64,000 bases of DNA from Giardia intestinalis (taxonomy: Eukaryota), in assembly GCA_000002435.2 (NCBI GenBank), contig CM018789.1, one strand, 5' to 3'. Numbering within the stretch: position 1 is the first letter of the stretch; each line of letters opens with the position of its first letter. Below the pieces are notes generated by a model. It saw nothing but the letters and a program-made list of their open reading frames with translations, did no database searches and was not told the DNA's origin. The position numbers and the translations under genes are program-made. Below are positions 1 to 8,818 of this stretch, piece by piece.

Positions 1-3000
1 CAGATCGACACGCATCTTGGACACATCAGCAGCAGCAGTCTCCAGTTTGTCCAATCCAGTTTTGAGACGGCGATGCTGCTCTTTCAGATCCACAAGCTTT
101 TCCAAGTAAAGGCTCTTAAAGCTGCTGAGGAAGGAAAGATAGGACTTCGGTGTGACATACGTTTGCCGTCGGAACCTGTCAAAGTATGACTTGGTTACAT
201 CTGTCATGGAGAGGTGAACCTGCGCAATGTGCTCAACAAGCTTTCCGAGAACGTCGCTATCACCCTCCTTGGTACGGATTTCAAAGCCCGTCAAGTTCTT
301 AATGGCAACGTCGCAGAGAGCCTGCCGCGGCCACGGCTGGAACCAGTCCGTCGTGCATCCAGAGATTAGACCAGGGAACTTCCGTGCCCGTTCGCGGAAC
401 TTGGGACCAACCGGAGAGAAGCAGAGGACAACGTGGAGATTAGCCTTCACCCTGTCCAGGAAAAAGTTCCACAGATTCTCGTTTGTATCGGGCTCACGCG
501 GCTTCTCCTTCTTGAACCCTGGCCTGCAGTCGTTGGTAATGTTTTCGACCTCATCCTTTGCAAATAGAGCTGGAATCTCGCCCGAAGTGAGGATATTATT
601 AATGCGCTCCAAGAAGACCTCTTCCTTTACATCTGCGTCTGTAAACATGAAGGTGACCCCCTTGTTCTCAACGCCAGCCATTCTGTAAAGAGTCCGTAGG
701 TCCTCATCGAAATTACTGATATTATAGCCACGCGTAATTGTGATCTGGAACGTAGTGTAGCCCGCAATGGAACTGGCGAGTTTTGTGCAGCTCTGCTTCC
801 CAGAGCCTCCGACACCGACAAGCAGGCAATGTCCACGAGGCATACGGATGATACGGGATATGCGGAGAATGTGCGCGACACATGCATCGAAGAACACCAG
901 GTCTAACGGGCTGCGTCTATTCAGCTCATTGTACTTCTGCTGGAAGCCACGAATCCGCTCCAAAAGCACCTCTCTGTCCATAACCGGTTCATAGATCTTT
1001 GGCGCCTCGTAAGCATCGTCGTCTGCGCCCTCGGGAACATCTTCTGGCGGGTCCCGCATGAAGTCGACGAAGTAGATCCGCTTCTCGTTGCCTTCTTCGT
1101 CCTTGGCAAACTGTGGCACCGTAATGATGTTGTTCTGGGCGGCGAAGACCTCGACTTCGGCAGCCAGGGCATCACCAAGGTCTTCTGCAGCAAACTGCAC
1201 AATCGCATTGTTGAACCACGTAATATCCTCGAGAGTCGTGAACTTGTCTGGGAGGACGCGCGTGCACTCGTTTGCCCAGAGGTAAACAAGCTTCCTGGCA
1301 GAGTCTATGACGTCCGGCTGGGAGTTGATGAAGCCCTGGGTGATTCGGCTCAGATCGCGAAGATTGAAGATGTAGTGGAACTTCGCAGGCGTGGGGAGCA
1401 TGCGCGCTTTTGTAGCCTGCCAGAGCTTCCTCGTTGTCATAACCAGTCTAGCTGCAATGTTGCACACGTCCTCGGAGAACTCCCGAGACTCCTGGTAGTG
1501 GCCCTTAACAATTGTGCCGAAGATCATGTCCAGCTGATCTGAGGCTGGAAGCCCAACGTTAATCGTGATGAAGTGCCCCTTGAGCCTTGTCGGGATATCG
1601 TTCCTCCCACCTCCAGGAAGAGGGGCAGCAGCCAAAAAGGTCATATCCTGCATTATGTGGAATTCGCCAGGCTTGTCAAGTGCATAAAATCCGCGCTCCT
1701 CTATCAGCTGACGCGTGAGCTCATTGGTTGGCTGATCACCCCACTCGTTAATCTGGGGAATGTTCACCTCGTCGATGAAAACAAGGCCTTTCTTACCTGC
1801 AACCGGACCATACGAGAGGCCCATACGCTTCTCCACAAATGCCTCAACATTATCTTGGAGCAAATGCGCCGTGGTGGCCGACGAGAAGTTGATGTTCCGG
1901 ATGGCGTACTTCTCCTTGTCTTGGTTGTTAAGGAAGGTAAGAATGTCAACTGTCTTACCAGAGCCAGACTCTCCAATGAGCATGATGTTGAATTGGGAGT
2001 AGCTGACTTTGCGGAGAACCATATCGAGGCTGGTGTTATCGATCGTCGGAATGAGGATATTTGCAAAAGGCGTCTCCGTCTTGGGTGGATACTCACACTT
2101 GGGCACAACCTCCGCCCAGAGGCGCCAATTCCCGGTGTCGTCAACGAAGTAGTTAAACACGTTATCGTTGGGGTTGGACGCGTCAAGGGTTGGAAGATCC
2201 AGCACCGCCTTCTTGTCGTAGAGGAACTTTTGAAAAGTCTTGGTCCGCTCTTCCAAATCAAGGACCGCCCCGAAGGACCACATGACAGCAAACGTTACCA
2301 TGCGCTTCAAGTGTGTTTCAGGGTATTTGCTGGCGAAGGCAGCAGCATTGGTAGCGATGGATTGAGTCTGAGCCTGCGTTGCGTTAGTGAATCCCTCGGA
2401 AGTGATGTGTGAGGCTGTGCTCAAGGCATTGACAATACTCTCGTTGACCTCTATAAGCTCGCTTTCGCTGAGCCCGTCAACACCAGATCCAAAGTAGATG
2501 AGCGACGTGAGGACCATCATAAGGCTACGGAAGAGCTGCAGTCGCGGGAGTGTAGTCACGGGGTGAAGGACAGCAGTGTCTATGAGGGCATAAAGGTCGT
2601 CCAGGAAGTTAGCGTCAGTGAACATCCGCTTTATCACGCTGCTTGTGGCCTCGGGCCAGCTGGCGACCCAGCTCTCAAGGACTGGGCGCCAGCCGAGGAT
2701 CCAGTGAGACATGTAGATCATCCCTGCGCGGGATACAGTGGCAGGGGACGCATTGGCAAGGGAGTCGACCTCGAAGACAAGCTTTAGGGTATTGGACATA
2801 GGGATGCGGTCGGAGTTAGCGAGGGTCAGAGTTTTGTTATCATCGAGGACGGTGTTGAGATTCTCAATCCACACGGCATCGACAGGCCCGTTGAGACAGA
2901 AGAAGAACCATTCACCCTCGCGCTTTGTGCAGCGCCGCCAGATGCTCGAGAAAATCCCGTCTGTCCAATCACCGGTGGCGGCATCGAGACGACCGAACAT

Positions 3001-3603
3001 CTGAGGGGCCGTAATGGCTTTGGGGTTCATCTTGATAACGGTGTACTTTTTCGGGAACGTTGTGGATGGGTTCATCGCAGACATAGCCTTGGCAAGAGAG
3101 AGGATGGACTGTGATTTTCCGGAAAGCGGGGGCCCAAGAAGCATAATTCCGTGACGAACCAGGTGGGTCTCGTAGAACTGAACGACGGCCTTGAGCCAGT
3201 CAGGGTGCTGCTGGAGGAAAAGCTCGCCACAGACGACGGAGAGGGCAGCGTCGAGATCCGGGTAGCTGTTATCCTCGACTCGAAGGCCGGGGAAGAGATC
3301 CTCGGTCAGAGACATGAAGAGGGGTGCATCCTCATCAACCAGCTTTGAGCGGTTCATGTCTGTGAGGACGCGTAAAAGTATGTTCTCCTCAGACAGGTCT
3401 GGGTTGCTGCGGCGACGCGACCCGCAAATGCGCAGGACGGAGAGGATGTTTCTAAGCCCAAAGTCGTAGTGGCGTTGCTTGGAAAGCTGCTCCTCGCAGA
3501 GTTGGTAGAGAATAAAGAACTTCTTCGCTAGCATGCTGCTCTTCATGAAGCCCGCGGAGGCGAGCTTGACTCGGATGATGATCTCGCGATCTGGTACCAT
3601 GTG
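1..3603 (-). CDS. Dynein heavy chain, 3' coding segment; partial, the ORF runs off the window at position 1. It starts in the middle of AAA1 and continues through AAA2, AAA3 and AAA4 into the stalk coiled coil.
   Basis: My own minus-strand translation from 3603 to 1 is one uninterrupted frame. It is absent from the ORF track because there is no stop inside the window. Dynein-specific blocks seen: HMVPDREIIIRVKLASAGFMKS (the conserved 'PVAMMVPDYxxIAEI' block of AAA1), LCEEQLSKQRHYDFGLRN, MLLGPPLSGKS (AAA2 P-loop), ATVSRAGMIYMS, IGESGSGKT (AAA3), FIDEVNIPQINEWGDQPTNELTRQLIEERGFY, LVGVGGSGKQS (AAA4), then coiled coil (KLVDLKEQHRRLKTGLDKLE). The first in-frame ATG (3600) is internal to the motor, so it is not a true gene start. 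Confidence 0.85.
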
Positions 3604-3700
3604 CTGTGTGTTAGCTGGCTGTAGGGAGAGGTGGCCCGAGGTGTGTGTCCCTCGGCATCGGGGGTGAAGCTTGGCGTTTTTTATTGAGAATTTGTTTTTA
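3604..3700 (-). other. 3' half of a split (trans-spliced) spliceosomal intron. The Giardia-type fused branch point/acceptor CTAACACACAG (minus-strand sense, plus coordinates 3614..3604) directly abuts the dynein exon; a hairpin CCGAGG-N9-CCTCGG lies at 3634-3654.
   Basis: Sense-strand sequence reads ...ccgagggacacacacctcgggccacctctccctacagccagCTAACACACAG|CACATGGTACCAGAT. This matches the Giardia consensus [A/C]CT[A/G]AC[A/C][A/G]CACAG exactly. There is no GTATGT or GTAAGT donor and no dynein-like coding anywhere in the 500 nt upstream; the small upstream ORF 3804..4016 is unrelated and ends in a stop. Confidence 0.55.
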
Positions 3701-3803
3701 ACGGGAATTTACAAAAACGGACGGCGTCTTGCCTTCCTCCCGCGATGATTACCGAATCACAGCGATACACGATGAAGCACTCATAGTTACTCTGAGCGGT
3801 CCT

Positions 3804-4016
3804 TTACTCAACAAGCAATTTCATCTCGTTCTTCCACTGCTCCTGTGCGTCCTGTAGTTGCCTTTGCACGTCCTGTAGAGCTGAGCTAAGAAGCTCGCTA
3901 GCGTGAACATTAGTGCATAGTACGTCGTAAAGGCGGCTGTCAAGAGCAATGCATCTATCCCGTAGAGCTGCTGCTCGGACGATCGCGTCGGCGAGGGAAA
4001 CAGGGCTAGACTGCAT
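3804..4016 (-). CDS. Hypothetical small protein (70 aa), no recognisable domain
   Basis: ORF with an ATG start that fills the gap between the dynein segment and the divergent RING gene; the only support is position and non-overlap. Confidence 0.3.
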   Translation of the reverse strand: MQSSPVSLADAIVRAAALRDRCIALDSRLYDVLCTNVHASELLSSALQDVQRQLQDAQEQWKNEMKLLVE

Positions 4017-4109
4017 TTTTCAATTAGATCTGCTAATCGTTCAGAAGGTTGAGTTGTCTTTCGATAAGGTCTGCGGACGTCTCCAAGTCAGCTAAAAACA
4101 GAATTACAC

Positions 4110-5033
4110 ATGCGCTCCAACTCTGCCGTTCTTGCTCTTGTCGACGCCCTCCGCTGCATAGTGTGTCACGATGTAGCCCGTAAACCCGTGGTACTGGGCT
4201 GTGACCACATCTTCTGCCTCGAGTGCATCCGGAGCATCCCCCCGGATACAGATAACGCCCTCATGTACCGGTGCCCCCTTTGTAGTGCCCCGTACTCTCT
4301 TCAGCGGTGCCAGCCAAATGCGCGGCTAGATTTAATCTCCATGAACTTCCTGGTTCTTCTCGAAACGGTTTTTAAGGCCCCTTCCGCAATTTCACCCGTA
4401 CGGCAAGCCACTCCTGATCGAGCCAGCTTTATAACGGCCAGTTCTTTCATATCGATTAGCGATGAAGACCCTCCCGTTGTCTATCAGAAGCCTCCCTCTC
4501 TTTCCCGCGGCACTCACGATGCAGCCGAGCAACCGGTCGTAAAGCGCCGTCCGCCGGCTATACCTCGTAAGGCCCGCTGTGCTGCTCGTGGAAAGGCCCA
4601 GGCTGGTGACTTCGATTCACTTGCGTACATTCCTTTGTCGGAGTTCTGCAGGGGAGACGCCGTGATGCAGCGGCTGGAAACCCTGCGCGCCTGCGATTGG
4701 CTGCTACGGTTTGGCTTCAGCAGCACCTTCGTCAGCGACCTTCGCAGTGGGGCCAGCGGGATACGGGCCATCAAGCTCTACAACGAGTATCTCCGTCGCT
4801 ACAAGCACCTTCGATCTGATCCCACCCTTGCCCAAAATCCAGACCTCCGCCTCTACGTTACCGACATCGTGCTGCGGACAGAGGCATCCGCGACGGTACC
4901 TGACCCCCAGGCGGCCTCCGACACAGCCATGTACGCCACGCTCCTGAAGGAGCTCCTCGGGCGCAGAGACGCGTGCAGCCGGCTCCTGCGGAAAACGGCA
5001 AAGGGGCTCGGCATTTACTTCAACCAGACTTGA
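4110..5033 (+). CDS. C3HC4 RING-finger protein (putative E3 ubiquitin ligase)
   Basis: N-terminal [27 protein letters not shown]...[10 protein letters not shown] gives the C-x2-C...C-x-H-x2-C-x2-C...C-x2-C RING spacing. ATG at 4110 is preceded by the AT-rich gctaaaaacagaattacac. Confidence 0.7.
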   Translation: MRSNSAVLALVDALRCIVCHDVARKPVVLGCDHIFCLECIRSIPPDTDNALMYRCPLCSAPYSLQRCQPNARLDLISMNFLVLLETVFKAPSAISPVRQATPDRASFITASSFISISDEDPPVVYQKPPSLSRGTHDAAEQPVVKRRPPAIPRKARCAARGKAQAGDFDSLAYIPLSEFCRGDAVMQRLETLRACDWLLRFGFSSTFVSDLRSGASGIRAIKLYNEYLRRYKHLRSDPTLAQNPDLRLYVTDIVLRTEASATVPDPQAASDTAMYATLLKELLGRRDACSRLLRKTAKGLGIYFNQT

Positions 5034-5289
5034 AGATCAGGAAGGCCAGCTGGCCGACGTAGAAGTAGATGAACCTCTTTGTCTCATGCGTGATGTAGGA
5101 CCCGAAGTTCTTCCCGACTATGACGTGCCAGGTCGGGTGGTGCTTCTTGTCGAACTCCTTCTTTATGTACGCCGCGATGTCCTTCTCGATGTTGAAGCGC
5201 TCCATGGACTGGATGGCGCAGTCTATCGCGTCCTGCTGCATGTCCTCGGGCATGTCTGCATTCTTGACGTTAACGCTGCGCTCGCTCAT
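5020..5289 (-). CDS. LC8: Dynein light chain LC8 (DYNLL family), 89 aa
   Basis: Near-identical to canonical LC8: [89 protein letters not shown]. Its 3' end overlaps the convergent RING gene by 14 bp. Confidence 0.92.
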   Translation of the reverse strand: MSERSVNVKNADMPEDMQQDAIDCAIQSMERFNIEKDIAAYIKKEFDKKHHPTWHVIVGKNFGSYITHETKRFIYFYVGQLAFLIFKSG

Positions 5290-5374
5290 TTTTGTTTCTA
5301 CGACTTTTTGCTAACGTGTCCACATCGCTTCGTCCAAATTCCTCTGTTTTAAATTATGAAACAATCGTAATTGT

Positions 5375-6064
5375 TTAGACATAGAGGCTAGTGTATAATG
5401 CTTGGGCGGCGGCGCGGCATATCTCCAGGGCAGCGTCGAGGTCCGCCACAGTTATGGGGCAGCTGCCGTGTTTGCTGATGTCTTGCACTTGGCCCTCCCT
5501 GTCCAGCAGTGCGAGCACGGACGCCTCGGCGCTCTCTTCTTCGACTAGAGATGCATCACAAATCCAGCGTCCCCCCAGCTTCCACGCCCCCACAAAAATG
5601 AGCGGCGCGAATGTGCCATCTAACTGTCTGAGGCAGTCGGCAACCGCGATAGAGGCCGTAGTGCAGTAGCTCGGGCCATAGGCCAGCAGAGAGAGGTATA
5701 GTACAACACCTTTGGGCAGGATGGTATTTCGTGACAACATGGAAACAATAGACTGGCAGTAGGCGAGCCGCTCTCTGTTGTGAGGGGCCAGTGAAGTGGG
5801 AATGTATTGTATTTTCGTGTGGGTTGCTTCAACCTCGGCTTCTGCCTCATTAGGCTCCTCTTCCTGTTTCTGCGTATCCAAGGCTCTAGTAAAGCAAAGC
5901 ACCTGTGCCTCTCCAATTTGGCACGATGAGGACGCATCTACTCCGCACAACGTGCCAGAGCGCTCTCGTACCACGGAGCGAAAGGCGTCAGGCGCTCGGT
6001 TGTCGATGCGCACCCCTGACGCTATGGCGTGGGCGAGAAACCTTTGCTCCGCCTGTGATCGCAT
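5375..6064 (-). CDS. Exosome complex RNase PH-like subunit (Rrp41/Rrp46/Mtr3-type fold)
   Basis: The RNase PH domain signature is GVRIDNRAPDAFRSVVRERSGTLCGVDASSSCQIGEAQVLCF (R-x-DGR...G...GSA...G-T-V pattern), at a typical length of 229 aa. I cannot assign the specific subunit. Confidence 0.55.
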   Translation of the reverse strand: MRSQAEQRFLAHAIASGVRIDNRAPDAFRSVVRERSGTLCGVDASSSCQIGEAQVLCFTRALDTQKQEEEPNEAEAEVEATHTKIQYIPTSLAPHNRERLAYCQSIVSMLSRNTILPKGVVLYLSLLAYGPSYCTTASIAVADCLRQLDGTFAPLIFVGAWKLGGRWICDASLVEEESAEASVLALLDREGQVQDISKHGSCPITVADLDAALEICRAAAQALYTSLYV

Positions 6065-6088
6065 GCACAGCTTGGAGTAAATTTAAAG
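6065..6088. promoter_or_regulatory. Bidirectional AT-rich initiator region (gcacagcttggagtaaatttaaag) between divergent start codons at 6064 (-) and 6089 (+)
   Basis: Only 24 bp separate two divergent ATGs. AAATTTAAAG is the kind of short AT-rich element that functions as a Giardia core promoter. Confidence 0.5.
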
Positions 6089-7189
6089 ATGAGTGTCCTG
6101 GACTTGGAAGTCTCCAAAGCGCCGGTTAAGAGCGTAAAGTATAATATGTTCCGCAGTGATCAAGTATTCATGGCGCTTTCCTTATGCAATGAGCTGGCAG
6201 TTTTTGCCTTTGACGTGTCTGACCGTCCCCGTCGAATCCATGTTCACAGAACGCATCCAGACACACTTATTGAGGCTTTCTTTGTCACACACAGCGAAGT
6301 TGTCATCGTGACAGACAAGAGTCAAATTTCACTGGTGAATTATTTCGAGGGAAGGATTCTTAGCACTTGCTCCTTATCCGTAGGGATTGTTTGCTGTGCC
6401 ATCCTCTATGAGCAATACATTCTGCTGGGCATCAAAACAGGCGGAGTAGTTGCTGTCGATTGGACGCAGCTTCCTGCTCACAAATGGCTGTCTGCAACTC
6501 CTGTGCGGCCTCTTCTTTCCATGATGTGCACTGAAGTGGTACTAGAGCGCTGTAGTCATGGAGACTCTAGATATCTCTGCCTACTCGTCTTTCTCAACGC
6601 ATCATTCACAATATCTATGCGACTGTACACACTAGACTTCGACGAGTGTCCCCAGACACGCCTCCACATGACCCCCGTGACTACCCCGTCTACTTCCTGC
6701 ACTCTCCACCTGCTGTGGATGGACCAAGACCTTATCCTGGCTACTCTTCGAGTACGCAAATTAGGAAAGTACTTCCACTGTTCGATTGCTCCCGTCAACC
6801 TTCGCAGTTACCTCGAGGACACCCTCTTGTCAGCGCGTGTAAAGCTCAGCAAACAATGTGGCAGCCTCTGTCTGAGAGATGTACATCCAACTGTGAGCAC
6901 CTTCATACACAAGCTCCGGACAGAGAGCCTTGACAGGTGGATCGTCAACTGTCCGATAGTAGCATCTTCTGAAGGCTCGCTGATCATTCTCAACGGCACT
7001 TGCTTTCATGCCTCGCTCAATCCTGCGCGCAAGCCTTTCACTGCAACTTACCACAGCGGCCCGGTGACATCGGTATGTTATCACAATCGATCATTTGTCT
7101 CAGGAGATGAAACTGGCCACGTTTATTGCCACAACAAAAACGCGGCCTGTGTTAAAAATGGCCAAGAGAGGACCAGAGGATCTATCTGA
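6089..7189 (+). CDS. Hypothetical protein, 366 aa, possibly a beta-propeller/WD-like fold
   Basis: Long ORF with an ATG start and balanced composition; there is a weak WD-like C-terminus (SGPVTSVCYHNRSFVSGDETGHVYCH). Its stop (7187-7189) lies about 30 bp inside the start of the next gene. Confidence 0.5.
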   Translation: MSVLDLEVSKAPVKSVKYNMFRSDQVFMALSLCNELAVFAFDVSDRPRRIHVHRTHPDTLIEAFFVTHSEVVIVTDKSQISLVNYFEGRILSTCSLSVGIVCCAILYEQYILLGIKTGGVVAVDWTQLPAHKWLSATPVRPLLSMMCTEVVLERCSHGDSRYLCLLVFLNASFTISMRLYTLDFDECPQTRLHMTPVTTPSTSCTLHLLWMDQDLILATLRVRKLGKYFHCSIAPVNLRSYLEDTLLSARVKLSKQCGSLCLRDVHPTVSTFIHKLRTESLDRWIVNCPIVASSEGSLIILNGTCFHASLNPARKPFTATYHSGPVTSVCYHNRSFVSGDETGHVYCHNKNAACVKNGQERTRGSI

Positions 7190-8801
7190 ATCGGAGTTTG
7201 ATGCGCGGTACCAACTAAAGGAAGTAGTCAATCGAGGAACGTTTCGTACCACCTACCGGGTGTACGATAACCAGAGTGGAGAGCACCTCTATTGCAAGCG
7301 GCTGGATGCATCCAATATGCCGGCCTCTCAGCTTTCGGCCTTCGTTAGTAACATGATGTCCATCTCTGCCCTGCAGGAAAAGGGATACCTGGCCATAGAT
7401 ACGGTGTTTGTGCTTGCGAAGCGCAAGCTTGCATATATAGTAACCCCAGACTTCGGAGACTGTAGCCTGGCACACCTGATCCACACTGCTAGACGACAGC
7501 AGACCTCCTTCGAGGAGTCCTTAGTGTGGCGAGTGCTCGCTCAAATTGCAGCCAAGCTTTATGCCCTCCACTTTCCAGGGGAGCACGGCATACGCCCAGG
7601 GCGAAGGTTCATCCATTGTCAGCTTAAGCCATCAAATATCTTTCTCAGCCAGGCCCTCACGGTCTTCATTGTAGACCCTTTGGGCGTTGCTTTCTCGTCT
7701 TATTGCTGGGCAAACTCAGACGACGACGGATTTCGCTATATCCCCAACGAGGCCCTCACTGCCGCTACCCTTACTTCGAAAATAGACATTTACTCTCTCG
7801 GTTGTGTCCTTTATGAGCTATGCACCCTCTTCTCGCGTACCTTCCACGAGTCCCCTGTCGATTATGTCACCCTTCTGAGAGAGACACACTACAGCTCCCA
7901 GCTGAAGGATCTTGTTCTAGCCATGCTCAGCCCATACCCAGATGCTAGACCGTCGGCGCAGGACCTCATGCACAACACCACCATAGCTCAATATCTAAAG
8001 CTTCAATTTGCGTGCTTGAAGTTGTCCACACCTACGCAGAAGCTCCTCTCGTACACGAATATTGCCCACGACCTTAAGAGCATGGCAGAAGAAAACGAGG
8101 CGTCAACTTACAACCCACATGGTATTCACAGAGACTCACGGGCCGTGTCACCAGCAACTGTTCACAGCCTTGAGACACGGTCTATTGCTCTCGCATCCGA
8201 CGATGCCTCTTCCCCAGCTCAGGATGCATCCCTGCAGCAGCTGGCTACACCATCTATTGACACAGTCGAACAGGGTGTCAATACCCTTTTGGATATGGAA
8301 TTGCACCAAAGGGAATTCTCACTCAATCTTTCTCAGATCTCGCATTCGCAACTTGGGATTGACGAACTATCCAATCTTAAGAATTATTGCAGATTTTTAG
8401 AAAATGAAGTAGCAGCCCTGCGATCGGATTTGATCATTGCAGAGTCTCTCAAGCATAAGTACAACGATGAGCTGACAAACACTCGAGTCCAGCTCATGAA
8501 GTATATAGACTCAGAGGCGGCATCAATGTCCCCTGCACTTGCAGACAAACACAAACACGAACATAGCGAAGATGTGTATTCACTAAAAAATAAAATTAAG
8601 GATCTTGAGATCCAACTATCCATGGAGCGGGCAAACACGTTCATTCTGCGTCGAGAAAATGCAAAACTGATGGAGCATCTCAGGAACATAGACGTGACAA
8701 TGACCACGTGTGCAGAGCAAAATGTCAGTCCAAAGGAAATGGTTGATCAAGTTCGTTCGACCAGTATTGCTGCTAGGCGCGTATGTGCGGAAACAGTGTG
8801 A
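7158..8801 (+). CDS. NEK-like protein kinase fold with a C-terminal coiled coil; predicted catalytically inactive (pseudokinase)
   Basis: Kinase-domain order is YQLKEVVNRGTFRTTYRV (degenerate Gly loop), ...LYCKRL, then a catalytic loop RFIHCQLKPSNIFL where HRD is replaced by HCQ. DFG is replaced by DPLG (FIVDPLGVAF). The C-terminus is a coiled coil (LKNYCRFLENEVAALRSDL...). Start moved from the ORF-track 7095 to the ATG at 7158, which is preceded by gttaaaa. Confidence 0.7.
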   Translation: MAKRGPEDLSESEFDARYQLKEVVNRGTFRTTYRVYDNQSGEHLYCKRLDASNMPASQLSAFVSNMMSISALQEKGYLAIDTVFVLAKRKLAYIVTPDFGDCSLAHLIHTARRQQTSFEESLVWRVLAQIAAKLYALHFPGEHGIRPGRRFIHCQLKPSNIFLSQALTVFIVDPLGVAFSSYCWANSDDDGFRYIPNEALTAATLTSKIDIYSLGCVLYELCTLFSRTFHESPVDYVTLLRETHYSSQLKDLVLAMLSPYPDARPSAQDLMHNTTIAQYLKLQFACLKLSTPTQKLLSYTNIAHDLKSMAEENEASTYNPHGIHRDSRAVSPATVHSLETRSIALASDDASSPAQDASLQQLATPSIDTVEQGVNTLLDMELHQREFSLNLSQISHSQLGIDELSNLKNYCRFLENEVAALRSDLIIAESLKHKYNDELTNTRVQLMKYIDSEAASMSPALADKHKHEHSEDVYSLKNKIKDLEIQLSMERANTFILRRENAKLMEHLRNIDVTMTTCAEQNVSPKEMVDQVRSTSIAARRVCAETV

Positions 8802-8818
8802 GTAGAAGCACTAGCACG

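Noticed and set aside
1573-2412. Plus-strand ORFs 227..688, 767..994, 1088..1285, 1573..2412, 1760..2002, 2563..3004 and 3151..3348 lie across the first 3.6 kb
   Set aside because: They are antisense or out of frame relative to a continuous, highly conserved dynein heavy-chain reading frame on the minus strand, which is missing from the ORF track only because it has no stop inside the window. Their sequences are Arg/Pro/Leu-rich, typical of antisense artefacts.
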